A stretch of DNA of 64,000 nucleotides, from the NCBI GenBank assembly GCA_043800255.1, contig JAZDNF010000003.1:32001-96000 (forward strand). Reading direction: 5' to 3'. The stretch is from Candidatus Altiarchaeota archaeon. GTDB lineage: Archaea > Altiarchaeota > Altiarchaeia > IMC4 > SCGC-AAA252-I15. Positions 44,635-54,279 of this stretch are shown here, one piece after another. Below the pieces are notes generated by a model. The model did no database searches and was not told where the DNA came from. It worked only from the letters and a program-made list of their open reading frames with translations. Position numbers and translations under genes: made by a program. How positions within the stretch are numbered: position 1 is the first letter of the stretch; each line of letters starts with the position of its first letter.

Positions 44635-45416
44635 CCAGTGTATGCTTTCAATATGTTCGCAACGTCAACGACTCCGACCAGCTTGCCCTTGGAGCCTAGC
44701 ACAGGAATCGAGAGGAACCTGTGCCTTGCCATCAGAGAGGCGACGTCTTTGGTGGCGTAGTCCTCGTTGACCGTCAGAGCAGGAGTGCTCATCACCTTCT
44801 CGACTGCGATGTGCTTCGGCTTCCCGGACTCCTCGGATATTCTCGCGTGGCCGTGCCTCATGATGTCAGACATGCTTATCATGCCTATCACGCGGTTATC
44901 CTCAAGAACGGGCATGCTCGACACATTCTCCTCGACCATCATGTCCCAGATGGATGAGAGGCGGTCGTCGAAATTGCAGAAGTGGAACTTCTTCCTGTAG
45001 ACGTCGCGCACCGACCTCCTGAGGGGATGATAATCCGCCTGCACAAAAGCGTTGAGGATGTCAAACGACGATACTATGCCGACAAGCCGCCTGTCAACAA
45101 CAGGAAGCTGCCTTACGCCGGCTTTCACCATCTGTCTGGCAGCTTCGAATATGTCATCATCAGGGCCTACGGAGAATACCTCCGACGTCATGAGGCCGCC
45201 GACGAGGACGTTGGTCCTGGAGGACGTGACCTTGAGGACGTCTCTCCGGGATATGATCCCGACGATCTTGCCGTCCTCGATGACAGGCAGCGCCCTGAAG
45301 CCGTGCTTCCGGATGATGGAGCGCGCCTTCGAGATAACGTCATCAGGCTTCAGACATACGGGACGCTCGGACATTACCTCAGCGGTAGTGATCATTTTAT
45401 GGATTATTCGATGCAC
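44631..45416 (-). CDS. Four-CBS-domain protein
   Basis: Repeated LPV...GII motifs. Confidence 0.88.
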   Translation of the reverse strand: MHRIIHKMITTAEVMSERPVCLKPDDVISKARSIIRKHGFRALPVIEDGKIVGIISRRDVLKVTSSRTNVLVGGLMTSEVFSVGPDDDIFEAARQMVKAGVRQLPVVDRRLVGIVSSFDILNAFVQADYHPLRRSVRDVYRKKFHFCNFDDRLSSIWDMMVEENVSSMPVLEDNRVIGMISMSDIMRHGHARISEESGKPKHIAVEKVMSTPALTVNEDYATKDVASLMARHRFLSIPVLGSKGKLVGVVDVANILKAYTG

Positions 45417-45961
45417 TCATCGCAAAGCATCCTACCGTCGACGCTGCGCAGATTCTCAGAGTAGTTCTCGCATGCTTCGCATATTCCGGATATCATGCCC
45501 TGCGTGGCGGCGTGCGCCTCGCTGAGCTCCCACTTGCTCCGCTCCCTTATCAGGAGGTGGAGCGCTGGCTCGACTGCGACTATGTCAAACTCGGATAATA
45601 CTCCGATTATTTTGTCATTGGACGTTACGACAAGCCGTCTGATGTCTTTGTCCCTCATGAGGCGTGCCGCATCGTCGATATCCTCGTCCGGTTTCACTGT
45701 CACCAGCGGGGAGGTCATTATCTCAGAGACCGCGACCTTTCTAGGGTCTTTGGACTTCGCAACCACCTTGCTGGTGATGTCCCTCTCGGTGACGATGCCT
45801 ACGGCGTCGCCGTCCTTGAGCACTATAACGGAGGATATCTCGTTCCTGTCCATCACCTCGGCAGCCTTCTGCACAGTCTCCTCTATGTCGATGCCTATTA
45901 CGCCCCTCGTCATCACATCGCCAACCTTCATATCAGCCTCTTGCTCAATTTTTCGGTCCAC
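45404..45961 (-). CDS. CBS-pair protein with C-terminal Zn ribbon
   Basis: VGIVTERDI, GICEAC...LCDEC. Confidence 0.88.
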   Translation of the reverse strand: MDRKIEQEADMKVGDVMTRGVIGIDIEETVQKAAEVMDRNEISSVIVLKDGDAVGIVTERDITSKVVAKSKDPRKVAVSEIMTSPLVTVKPDEDIDDAARLMRDKDIRRLVVTSNDKIIGVLSEFDIVAVEPALHLLIRERSKWELSEAHAATQGMISGICEACENYSENLRSVDGRMLCDECIE

Positions 45962-46009
45962 GTTATTTAATCGAAAAGCGTAGATTTAAATACGAGTTTA
46001 CGTTTAAAA

Positions 46010-47701
46010 ATGGAATTCGATTTTGAGATAAAAAACAAGGATGTGGGAGGACGCATCGGCCTTCTCAGGGTAAACGGGAGAACAGCTGAGACGCCGGCGT
46101 TAATGCCAGTATACAGTCCGACGAAGCCGCTCATCAGCACAAAGGAGCTCAGGAAAAAATTCGGCGCAGAAGTGCTGATGACCAACTCGTACATCATGCT
46201 AAAGAACGCTGAACTGAAGAAGAAGGTGCTTTCGAAGGGAGTCCACAATATGCTCGGCTTCAAAGGCATAATAGCAACAGACTCCGGCAGCTTCCAGCTG
46301 ATGAGCTATGGGAACATACAGGCAACCAACCATGAGATAATAGAATTCCAGAACAATATTGGGAGCGACATCGGCTCCTTCCTTGACATACCCTCCCTGC
46401 CAGACTCCTACAAGCCGAGGGCCGAGGAGCAGCTGAACAAGACGCTCGCGCGGGCTGATGAAGCCCTGAATGCCGATTTTCTCGTGAACGCTGGAGTGCA
46501 GGGCGCCAAATACTTGGACCTGAGGGAGAAGGCTGCCAAAGCCCTTGGGAAAAAGTTCAACATGGTTGCAGTCGGCGGAATAGTCCCGCTGATGGAAGCC
46601 TACAGGTTTTCCGAACTGGTTGACATCATCGCAACAGTGAAGAAGAACATCCCATCGGACAGGATAGTGCACGCCTTCGGCCTCGGCCATCCCATGATAT
46701 TCAGCCTCGCAGTAGCACTCGGAGTAGACCTCTTCGACTCGGCAGCCTACGCGCTCTACGCCAAGGCTGATAGGTACATAACAGCAGAAGGCACCAGAAG
46801 GCTTTCAGAGTTGGAGCACATCTCATGCCTGTGCCCGGTATGCAACAAATTCGGCCTCGAACTGAAGGAGCTTGATGACGAAAGGCGGGTGAAGGCGATA
46901 GCAGAGCACAACCTTTATGTGACGTTCTCTGAAATCAAGAGGATAAAGCAGGCGATACGGGAGGGCAGCCTCTGGGAGCTGCTCCTTATGAGAGTCAGAG
47001 CGCATCCCAGAGTGTTCGAAAGCCTTGACACGATGCTCAAACACAACAGGTGGCTTTCCACCCTGGACCCGATAACAAAGGACAGGGCGTTCTACGTCAC
47101 AGGCCCGGAGTCAAGGAAAAGGACCGAGGTCGTGAACGCTAAGGCCAGATTAAAGTACGTCAGCTCAGACGATCTGGTTGAACTGCCGGCTTTCGGAAAA
47201 GTTCCAGCCGCATTGCTAGAACTCCACCCGTTCTCAACGCTGGCGGAATCCTCCACCGCAGACGACCTCTCAAAGTTCAAGGCGATACTCGAATACCAGT
47301 TCAGGGCGGAGGCTGACACAGTACTGCCCAAAAAGATAAAACTCAAACGCTCCAAGACTTCAGGCAGGCTGAGATACGCCTACCACGGGAAGGAGATGAT
47401 AGCAGCCGTGAGAGCGAAAGACGGGTTCATAATACCGAAAGGCAGCCTCCTCAAGAGCCTGCACGATAACTCCAACTTCCCCAACCTACGCGTTGTGGTA
47501 GAGGACGACGCAGTCCCCTTCATCAAAGAGGGTAAGAGCGTCTTCGCCAAATTCGTCACAGCGGTCGACAAAAACCTGAGAGCAGGGGATGAGGTGCTGA
47601 TCGTCGACAGAGATGACAATCTGATACGCGCAGGAACGCTGACGCTAGCCCCCCAGGAGGCCTTAGACTTCAACAGAGGAGTCGCAGTAAGAATCAGATG
47701 A
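46010..47701 (+). CDS. tgtA: Archaeosine tRNA-guanine(15) transglycosylase
   Basis: ETPALMPV, TDSGSFQ, HAFGLGHP, DLFDSAAY, CxCPVC, C-terminal PUA domain. Confidence 0.95.
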   Translation: MEFDFEIKNKDVGGRIGLLRVNGRTAETPALMPVYSPTKPLISTKELRKKFGAEVLMTNSYIMLKNAELKKKVLSKGVHNMLGFKGIIATDSGSFQLMSYGNIQATNHEIIEFQNNIGSDIGSFLDIPSLPDSYKPRAEEQLNKTLARADEALNADFLVNAGVQGAKYLDLREKAAKALGKKFNMVAVGGIVPLMEAYRFSELVDIIATVKKNIPSDRIVHAFGLGHPMIFSLAVALGVDLFDSAAYALYAKADRYITAEGTRRLSELEHISCLCPVCNKFGLELKELDDERRVKAIAEHNLYVTFSEIKRIKQAIREGSLWELLLMRVRAHPRVFESLDTMLKHNRWLSTLDPITKDRAFYVTGPESRKRTEVVNAKARLKYVSSDDLVELPAFGKVPAALLELHPFSTLAESSTADDLSKFKAILEYQFRAEADTVLPKKIKLKRSKTSGRLRYAYHGKEMIAAVRAKDGFIIPKGSLLKSLHDNSNFPNLRVVVEDDAVPFIKEGKSVFAKFVTAVDKNLRAGDEVLIVDRDDNLIRAGTLTLAPQEALDFNRGVAVRIR

Positions 47702-47800
47702 TGGTGCCTATAACCCTGTGCCTCTAGACCAGCCTACACGGACACACATTATGATGTTCAATCCCAAAACAGACTTATGGTGAATAGTATACAATACATA

Positions 47801-48766
47801 CTAGAACATCGCGCCAACAGAGTTGTCATAATCCTCGTTGATGAGGGTGTCATGGATCTTTCTCCTCTCTAGGTTCTTCTCAAATTCATCCTTGAAGTAT
47901 TCTTTTAGCAGTGAAACGTAGTCTTCTTTTTCGATGATGCTTTTCGCAGCCAAAGCCCCGCTTATTATCGCATACCTGATGCCAAAGCCCCGGGAGGCAT
48001 CTTGGAAGCCAGCAGCCTCTCCCACGAGAAGCTGTTTTCCATTTGCTGCTTTAGAATAGGGGTTTTTTGAGTAATAACCATAGCCGCCTACGCGCTCGAC
48101 CAGCGTGGCATCCTTGGTTATCTTATTTAGAAACTGGTTCATGTGGATAGCTTTGAGGAAGATTTCATCCAAACTTGAGAATTTTCTCTTGTCGAAGGTG
48201 ACAGCCATCACCGTAGAATGCTTTCCATAGGAGAGCACATAGGCGTAGCCATTCGGCACTATATTGTTATCATACAACAGGTAGAGCGTGTCCTTCTCCA
48301 CGTTCAAATCCAGATAATTGAACCCTGTACCGTATATGTTCGCCTTCTCAGCGGGGGTTCCAGTAGCGTTTATGTCTGCATTCACAGGCTTATCCCAGTT
48401 GAAATAGAACTTTACGCCGTTAGATAATGCATCAGCATACAACTGCTGCTCCAACGCCAGCTTCGCCCCACCAGTGTTCAGAAGATAATACCTCCTTCTG
48501 CCCATAATCCGCGAGAAGCTAGGAGACATCTTCACCACCTGCTCGGTCCTGCTGACACTGTTGACTGTTAATCCCAACTTCCTGAATTCCTTTAGGGGGT
48601 CTCCGCCGGGATAATTCCTCAATGCGCATATATTCCGCCCAAACTTATGACCTACCTCACTGTTTTTTTCGTACACGATAGAGTTATATCCTGCCTTCCC
48701 CAAGACTACTGCCGCCGAAAGACCTGATAAACCAGCCCCGATTATTTTGATATTCTTTGAATACAT
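47801..48766 (-). CDS. FAD-dependent oxidoreductase, geranylgeranyl reductase-like
   Basis: IIGAGLSGLSAA...VYEK, GYAYV, LVGEAAGFQD...GFGIRYAIISGALAA. Confidence 0.8.
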   Translation of the reverse strand: MYSKNIKIIGAGLSGLSAAVVLGKAGYNSIVYEKNSEVGHKFGRNICALRNYPGGDPLKEFRKLGLTVNSVSRTEQVVKMSPSFSRIMGRRRYYLLNTGGAKLALEQQLYADALSNGVKFYFNWDKPVNADINATGTPAEKANIYGTGFNYLDLNVEKDTLYLLYDNNIVPNGYAYVLSYGKHSTVMAVTFDKRKFSSLDEIFLKAIHMNQFLNKITKDATLVERVGGYGYYSKNPYSKAANGKQLLVGEAAGFQDASRGFGIRYAIISGALAAKSIIEKEDYVSLLKEYFKDEFEKNLERRKIHDTLINEDYDNSVGAMF

Positions 48767-48769
48767 CGT

Positions 48770-49156
48770 TTACCAGTACTTAAACTTTTTTTTGCCGAGT
48801 ACAAATATCCCAAACACAAAAATTAAAGCAACCACTAAAAAAAGAATGCCAGATGGTGTGTTAAACGTATAAAGTCTTCTTGTGAGGACTAATACGATGA
48901 ATCCGACACCTATAAATCCAAAGTAGTTTGCTTTTTTCAAAATCCGGGATCCTACATCCATTTCTTTGGCGCCGAATTTTCTCAAAGCCATGAACACGAG
49001 AGTTATGCATAATAACAATGATAGTGTTGCCAATGTCAACAGTATTGTTAATATCCCATCTTCGACAAGTAAAGTAGCAAACAGTGAGAATCCAAAAATG
49101 AGTGTAAGGGATAGCAGACTTATTTTAGTCGCCTCTACCGGTGTTAGTTCCGTCAT
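48770..49156 (-). CDS. 4-TM membrane protein
   Basis: Four hydrophobic segments; operonic spacing with neighbours. Confidence 0.6.
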   Translation of the reverse strand: MTELTPVEATKISLLSLTLIFGFSLFATLLVEDGILTILLTLATLSLLLCITLVFMALRKFGAKEMDVGSRILKKANYFGFIGVGFIVLVLTRRLYTFNTPSGILFLVVALIFVFGIFVLGKKKFKYW

Positions 49157-49983
49157 ATAATCGCCTCTGAGATGAGAAGCATAACCCCGGTTAGTGGGTA
49201 GGATAAGATTGATGGAAGAAAGGCCCGTTTAATATCCTCCTTAATCACGGCATATGATAGATACCCTCTCAGTGGGAGAACAACAATAAGACTTAGATAC
49301 AGTGGAGGAATTGATTTGATAACTAGGAGGGAAAATAGCATAGCATACTGGAATAGGGTAATCGTCAACATTAACAATCCAGTATTTTTAACCCCCATTA
49401 GTATTGGAACTGTCCGGATCCCTGCCTTCCTGTCGCCTTCTATATCAGGTATATCCCTTAGGATCATCCCACAGAGGCTTAATGTTGAAAAGAAAACAGC
49501 GACGAGTAAGATTTTAACAGTGCTAATATTGGAAAAAGCTGACGACAGATAGATGAACATCAAAAACCAACTGAAAGTCAGGATTATCGTTTTAAGCCAC
49601 CCATATCTTTTGAACCGTATACGTCCATGAGAGTAAGAGTATCCAACAATCAATATTATTATAGCTAGTACTAGTGTGAAAGTCCCGATAACATAGCTGA
49701 TGAGTAAACCTAAGACCGCGAAAATCAGGAGTATACGGATATAAACATTCTTATTTATGAAGGATAATGGATTCGGTCTTTTATTCAGAGTATCCTCCTC
49801 GATATCTGTTATATAGTTGTATCCATATGTGGATGCAAACAGGCAAAAGCCTCCAAAGAGAATTTCTAACAATCTAATAGAAGACAACTCGCCTGAAGTT
49901 AATGCAAACGCACCTAATGCATAAGATAACAGGACTATCACATGTCTGTACCGCATAATCTCTAGTGTCTCCCTCAAGTCCAT
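49153..49983 (-). CDS. UbiA-family prenyltransferase
   Basis: NYITDIEED..NKRP, YSYS, RDIPDIEGD motifs; multi-TM. Confidence 0.88.
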   Translation of the reverse strand: MDLRETLEIMRYRHVIVLLSYALGAFALTSGELSSIRLLEILFGGFCLFASTYGYNYITDIEEDTLNKRPNPLSFINKNVYIRILLIFAVLGLLISYVIGTFTLVLAIIILIVGYSYSHGRIRFKRYGWLKTIILTFSWFLMFIYLSSAFSNISTVKILLVAVFFSTLSLCGMILRDIPDIEGDRKAGIRTVPILMGVKNTGLLMLTITLFQYAMLFSLLVIKSIPPLYLSLIVVLPLRGYLSYAVIKEDIKRAFLPSILSYPLTGVMLLISEAII

Positions 49984-51125
49984 GATAATTTACCCGTTTC
50001 GGTTAGAATTAACGCCAGCGATCCGCTTGCAGTACTTGCTGTAGTTTTCTCTAGAAAAATTCTTTTCCCTTTGAGTGAGGATAACATTCCAGATAATATT
50101 CCCCTGAAAATAACAAGATCGGAGTTTTCAGAGTATCTACTCCAAGGGAAATGATTACATATTACATTGAATTTTCCGTTACTCTTTGTTACAACCATGT
50201 CCCCCCATCCAAGTGCAGGAAGGAAATCTGATATAAACTCAAGCTTTTTTTCTTCCTGTGCTAATTCGAAGCCACAATCAAAAGCTGAATCGAATAGTAC
50301 TCTTTGTCCATCCTTTGATTTTTTAAACTCATCCTCAAGAACATAGATGAGATGAGATTCGCACATGAAGTAACGGAATTTTCTGTACATCATTTCACCA
50401 CGATTGTAATCTAAGAATCCCGCATCCATAAGACTCTTAAGCGAGTTTTTCGCATAGTCAGCATGTCTAATTTTGTTCATGCGCTCATATGCTTGACTTT
50501 CGGTTATAGTAGGCACATTCGTTTCCGTGAAAAATTCTAACTCTTCTCTTCGCAGGATATTTGGAGGCGCGCTTATAATCTCACAACTATCGTCTCCCCG
50601 ACCGACACATTTTATCTGCACGCTTTCTATCGAGGGATCAACCATCATATACGACCATATGCCTGCGCTGCCTCCGGCAGCCCAGAGATACCCATGACCA
50701 TTTGACCTGCATACTAGGTATTCATCTGCCGTGAATACTAGTTTCTTCTCTTCTTTTTTGATAGAGTATTTTACATTTTTTGCATACGTAACTCCGAGCA
50801 GTCCTGTGAAAAATCCCGTAAAATTTAACACCTCTTTTTCTGCTGAATTCTTCAGATTTGGGAAGTTCGAGAGATTAGCATATAAGTACCCGAATTTCTT
50901 TCCAATCGAGTAAAGAACTTTCTTCCCCGCATCTCCATTTTTTTGGATTGCTCTGTTTTCTAGAATAATGAAAAACCGTTCTGGAAGGAACAATAATCTC
51001 AGATACGTTCTAGCTCCTTTCCGTGATGCCTGCGTTATCAGAAATCCGGGCTGGTCTATTATCTCTATTTTTGGCAGTATCACTCGTTGAATCCACAATC
51101 TGATAATCTGGTCTTTTAGGCTCAT
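49974..51125 (-). CDS. Tandem V4R-like domain protein
   Basis: LYSIGKKFG, QIKCVGRGDDSCEI, LGWG...FRGILSGML. Confidence 0.65.
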   Translation of the reverse strand: MSLKDQIIRLWIQRVILPKIEIIDQPGFLITQASRKGARTYLRLLFLPERFFIILENRAIQKNGDAGKKVLYSIGKKFGYLYANLSNFPNLKNSAEKEVLNFTGFFTGLLGVTYAKNVKYSIKKEEKKLVFTADEYLVCRSNGHGYLWAAGGSAGIWSYMMVDPSIESVQIKCVGRGDDSCEIISAPPNILRREELEFFTETNVPTITESQAYERMNKIRHADYAKNSLKSLMDAGFLDYNRGEMMYRKFRYFMCESHLIYVLEDEFKKSKDGQRVLFDSAFDCGFELAQEEKKLEFISDFLPALGWGDMVVTKSNGKFNVICNHFPWSRYSENSDLVIFRGILSGMLSSLKGKRIFLEKTTASTASGSLALILTETGKLSWT

Positions 51126-51895
51126 TATGAGTTCGTATTTTCAGATTGACCAACTTTAATACCGTTTTTTGTGAATTCAAAGGGTACCATACCACTCTCT
51201 ATTTTAGTTTCCCGTAGTTTAGCCACTTCAATGAACCTATTTACTGCATCTCCTACGACATTTTTGCGTAAGATCATTACTCCATCACACTCGTACTCCG
51301 CAACGCCGTCTACTGTTATTCTGGGTCCACCGTCTTCGGCTTCGCCTACGAGTATTAGGGTGGTGTTTGTCCCCTTGAAAGCCTTCTCCAGTTTGAGCAT
51401 CAGCCGCCAGATGTCCTGCCTGTGGAGGTCTCGCATAGATTTCACGACCTCTACTTCCTGGCCAGCCTTCTTCTCTTGGGATTTTTCTTTGCGCACTCCA
51501 ATCTCCAGGAACTTAGTGATTGAATCAAGGATGATCACCACGCCTTTGTCATGCTTCATCTTGCCCATGCTGATGATGTCTTCGGCGGTGTTGTTTATGT
51601 CCACTATCTCCTCCCGGGGTGTTGCCACCATGAGCTGCCGTTTTTCCGCGTAATCTCTAAGATTCCAACCGAACATGTCACCACGCCCATAAATTTTCTC
51701 AGTATCAGATTCAAGGCTCATAAGAACCACAATCTTGCCCTGCTTCAGAAAATTGTAAGCCATCTGCGTCACCGCGATAGTCTTCCCTGTACCCGGTCCC
51801 CCGGCCACCAACAGCGAACTCCCCGCAGGGATTCCTCCTTCGATCAGTTCATCCAGTCCATGTATTCCCGTGGGTATTCTTTCGATTTCAGCCAT
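51125..51895 (-). CDS. KaiC/RAD55-like ATPase
   Basis: IPTGIHGLDELIEGGIP, GGPGTGKT, ILDSIT, ECDGVMIL, VAKLRET. Confidence 0.88.
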   Translation of the reverse strand: MAEIERIPTGIHGLDELIEGGIPAGSSLLVAGGPGTGKTIAVTQMAYNFLKQGKIVVLMSLESDTEKIYGRGDMFGWNLRDYAEKRQLMVATPREEIVDINNTAEDIISMGKMKHDKGVVIILDSITKFLEIGVRKEKSQEKKAGQEVEVVKSMRDLHRQDIWRLMLKLEKAFKGTNTTLILVGEAEDGGPRITVDGVAEYECDGVMILRKNVVGDAVNRFIEVAKLRETKIESGMVPFEFTKNGIKVGQSENTNS

Positions 51896-51948
51896 TTTTG
51901 TGCAAACCTCTGGTTAACATATTAAGACAGACGCTTTTAAAGCGGCAT

Positions 51949-52728
51949 TTAGACAACTCGCCCTATTGTCGTGTGCGGGCAGTCATGTTTTCTGCATATT
52001 TTCTCCAATCTATGAAGCTCCTGCTCTGGGAGGGTGACGAGAAAGTTGTCCAGGTTTCGGGTTATGCTGTAGGGTATTTTCTCCTCCAGCTTGAATTTCC
52101 TGCCTGATTTCCTTTCCATCTCGTATACGACGGAAACCAGGCCGCCTTTGGTGACGTCCTTGCTGGAGTTGATTTTGGTTTTTTTCAGGATAGCATACCA
52201 CGTCTTGAACAGCAGTTTAGCCTTCTCCAGGCGTTCCTCTTGCTCGCCCCATATGGGCTCGCCAACCAGCGCTATGACGTCTCCAGGTCTCGCGCCGTCG
52301 TCTCTGATAGGCTCGTCCAATAACAAGTCGCCGATTACAGCAAGAGTGCATCTGGGCTCCGCATCCTCGAACAATGTGTTGCCCCCGAGGAGGGGAATCT
52401 TCAGCGATAAAGCCTGCCGCTTAAGGCTCCTAATCATCTCCCTCACGTCAGACTCTTCCCCGATGAGACAGTCAAGGGCGAACAACGGCCTCCCGCCCTT
52501 GACGATGACGTCGGTTGAGGCGTGCACCAGCGCGGACTTCATGACAAGCCTCTTAGTATAGGGACCGTCCGCTGACACGAGCAACTGCTTACTGCCGAAA
52601 GGGTGGACGACTGGATCATCCCATGCTGTTATGCCAAGGACTGGCTCAGCCAGCGTGTCCATTTCCAACAGCTCCTCCCTGATCCAGAGCAGACTATCAA
52701 CGAACTTCTCAGGAAGATCTTCCCTCAT
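51949..52728 (-). CDS. AIR synthase/PurM-like (ThiL-related) protein
   Basis: WDD, VSADGP, TDVIVKGGRP, LGGNT, ARPGD, KDVTKGGL. Start set at MREDL (52728). Confidence 0.75.
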   Translation of the reverse strand: MREDLPEKFVDSLLWIREELLEMDTLAEPVLGITAWDDPVVHPFGSKQLLVSADGPYTKRLVMKSALVHASTDVIVKGGRPLFALDCLIGEESDVREMIRSLKRQALSLKIPLLGGNTLFEDAEPRCTLAVIGDLLLDEPIRDDGARPGDVIALVGEPIWGEQEERLEKAKLLFKTWYAILKKTKINSSKDVTKGGLVSVVYEMERKSGRKFKLEEKIPYSITRNLDNFLVTLPEQELHRLEKICRKHDCPHTTIGRVV

Positions 52729-53152
52729 TTTTAACGTCCTCCTCCAGCTTGATGACAGCAGGACAGCTCCGCCACAGCCTGCAGTAGGTAAAACCATAAG
52801 AATCGAAGAAGGGGAAACTCCTGCAGACTTCGGGGCGGGACTCGTAGATGGAACAGGAATCCCCAACAAGGAAGACACACTTCCCCTTAGATTTTTTCAG
52901 CTTCTTCTCGCCAGATTCTGTCAGAACGTAGAAGTCCCTATGGCCTTCACCCTCGATGCGCCGTATATCCTCAACAGTCAGTTCTATGAAACCCAGCCTG
53001 CAGCAGTTCCCGCATCTGACGCATTCGAACAGCCTCCTGCTCCTGCCCATTTTCAGTCTGCGCAGGACATCAGGAACCTGGAACAACAGCACAATGGCGA
53101 GGATTCCGACGAAAAGCCTCGCCGAAAATCCTATGCACTCCACCAGAGCCAT
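52709..53152 (-). CDS. YkgJ-family cysteine cluster protein
   Basis: CVRCGNCC, CVFL, CSIYESRPEVCRSFPF, CPA. Confidence 0.85.
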   Translation of the reverse strand: MALVECIGFSARLFVGILAIVLLFQVPDVLRRLKMGRSRRLFECVRCGNCCRLGFIELTVEDIRRIEGEGHRDFYVLTESGEKKLKKSKGKCVFLVGDSCSIYESRPEVCRSFPFFDSYGFTYCRLWRSCPAVIKLEEDVKNEGRSS

Positions 53153-53221
53153 GTTAGTATTAGAAACCCGAGCATTTTTATATGAGTAAGTCGAAAGATA
53201 ACTCAAATTTTACGGTCGACA

Positions 53222-53464
53222 ATGGCATACCCCAGATGTTGCGCACACTGCCAGGATTACAAAAACTGCGACGACCGCAAACGCTGCTGCGAATTCTGCG
53301 ACTACTGCATAAAAAAGAAGTGCATCTACAAGAAGGACAGTACTAGCAAGGCCATGAAAGCCGCGATAGAGCGGAAGATCGAAGCCGACTTCACGCTGTC
53401 AGACTACCGCGGAGACGACTACGGCATAGACGACTACGAGGAATACGAAATCTACGATGGCTGA
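53222..53464 (+). CDS. Small Cys-rich protein with acidic tail
   Basis: CCAHC...C...CCEFCDYC...C and DDYGIDDYEEYE. Confidence 0.65.
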   Translation: MAYPRCCAHCQDYKNCDDRKRCCEFCDYCIKKKCIYKKDSTSKAMKAAIERKIEADFTLSDYRGDDYGIDDYEEYEIYDG

Positions 53465-54249
53465 CCGCTGAGGTTTCCAGTCCGGTAGCCTTTCAGGTCG
53501 AGCGAAACGTTTCTGAAGCCGAACGCCTGGAACCGCTCCGCTATCTGATTTCTGTTTTTCATGACCTTATGGAAGTCAGATTCGAGGACCTCTATCCTGG
53601 CAGCATCGCCGATGTGCCTCACCCTCACCTGGCCGACGCCCAAACCTCTTAAAAAATCCTCCGCAGCTTCGACTGCCCTAAGATTCTCCTCAGTTATCCT
53701 GGTGCCAGCAGGTATTCTGGAGGACAGGCACGCTGTCGACGGCTTTTCCGAGTTTGACAGGCCAAGCAATCTGGCGAGAGCCCTCACATCATCCTTGGTG
53801 AAGCCTGCATCAGCCAAGGGCGTGAAAATCCCATGCTCTCTCACGGCCTTGTAGCCCGGCCTGTGCCCCTCAAGCTCGTCCACGGTCGTGCCCTCAAGTA
53901 TGGCGTCAATCCCATGCTCCTCCGCAACCTCCCTCAGAATCCTGAAGAGGCCGCTCTTGCAGTAGTAGCACCTGTCCTCAGGGTTGGAGGCGAAATCCTC
54001 ATCAGCAAGCTCATCATATTTTGCTATCAGATGCGTTATGCCAATCTCAGCCGCAACCTTTTTTGCGCACTCAAGCTCCGAGGCTGCGAGTGTGGATGAG
54101 TCTACAGTGACCGCAACCGCCTTCATCCCAAGCAACTTATGTGAGAGTCCTGCCAGGACGCTCGAATCCACGCCGCCTGAGAACGCCACAAGTACGCTGC
54201 CGAACGCGTCCAGGGAGGTCTCAAGCTTCTCTAACTTTTCTTCGAACAT
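53452..54249 (-). CDS. larE: LarE-family ATP-dependent sulfur transferase (PP-loop)
   Basis: AFSGGVDS, NPEDRCYYCK, RPG, KPSTACLSSRIP, VRVRH, GYRTG. Confidence 0.88.
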   Translation of the reverse strand: MFEEKLEKLETSLDAFGSVLVAFSGGVDSSVLAGLSHKLLGMKAVAVTVDSSTLAASELECAKKVAAEIGITHLIAKYDELADEDFASNPEDRCYYCKSGLFRILREVAEEHGIDAILEGTTVDELEGHRPGYKAVREHGIFTPLADAGFTKDDVRALARLLGLSNSEKPSTACLSSRIPAGTRITEENLRAVEAAEDFLRGLGVGQVRVRHIGDAARIEVLESDFHKVMKNRNQIAERFQAFGFRNVSLDLKGYRTGNLSGQPS

Positions 54250-54279
54250 TCATATACTAATAGAGGCTAAAAGTATAAG

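Noticed and set aside
47702-47750. Minus-strand sequence ending GCACCA with GGTCTAGAGG, tRNA-like
   Set aside because: Only ~46 nt, with no T-arm GTTCRA and no proper acceptor stem.
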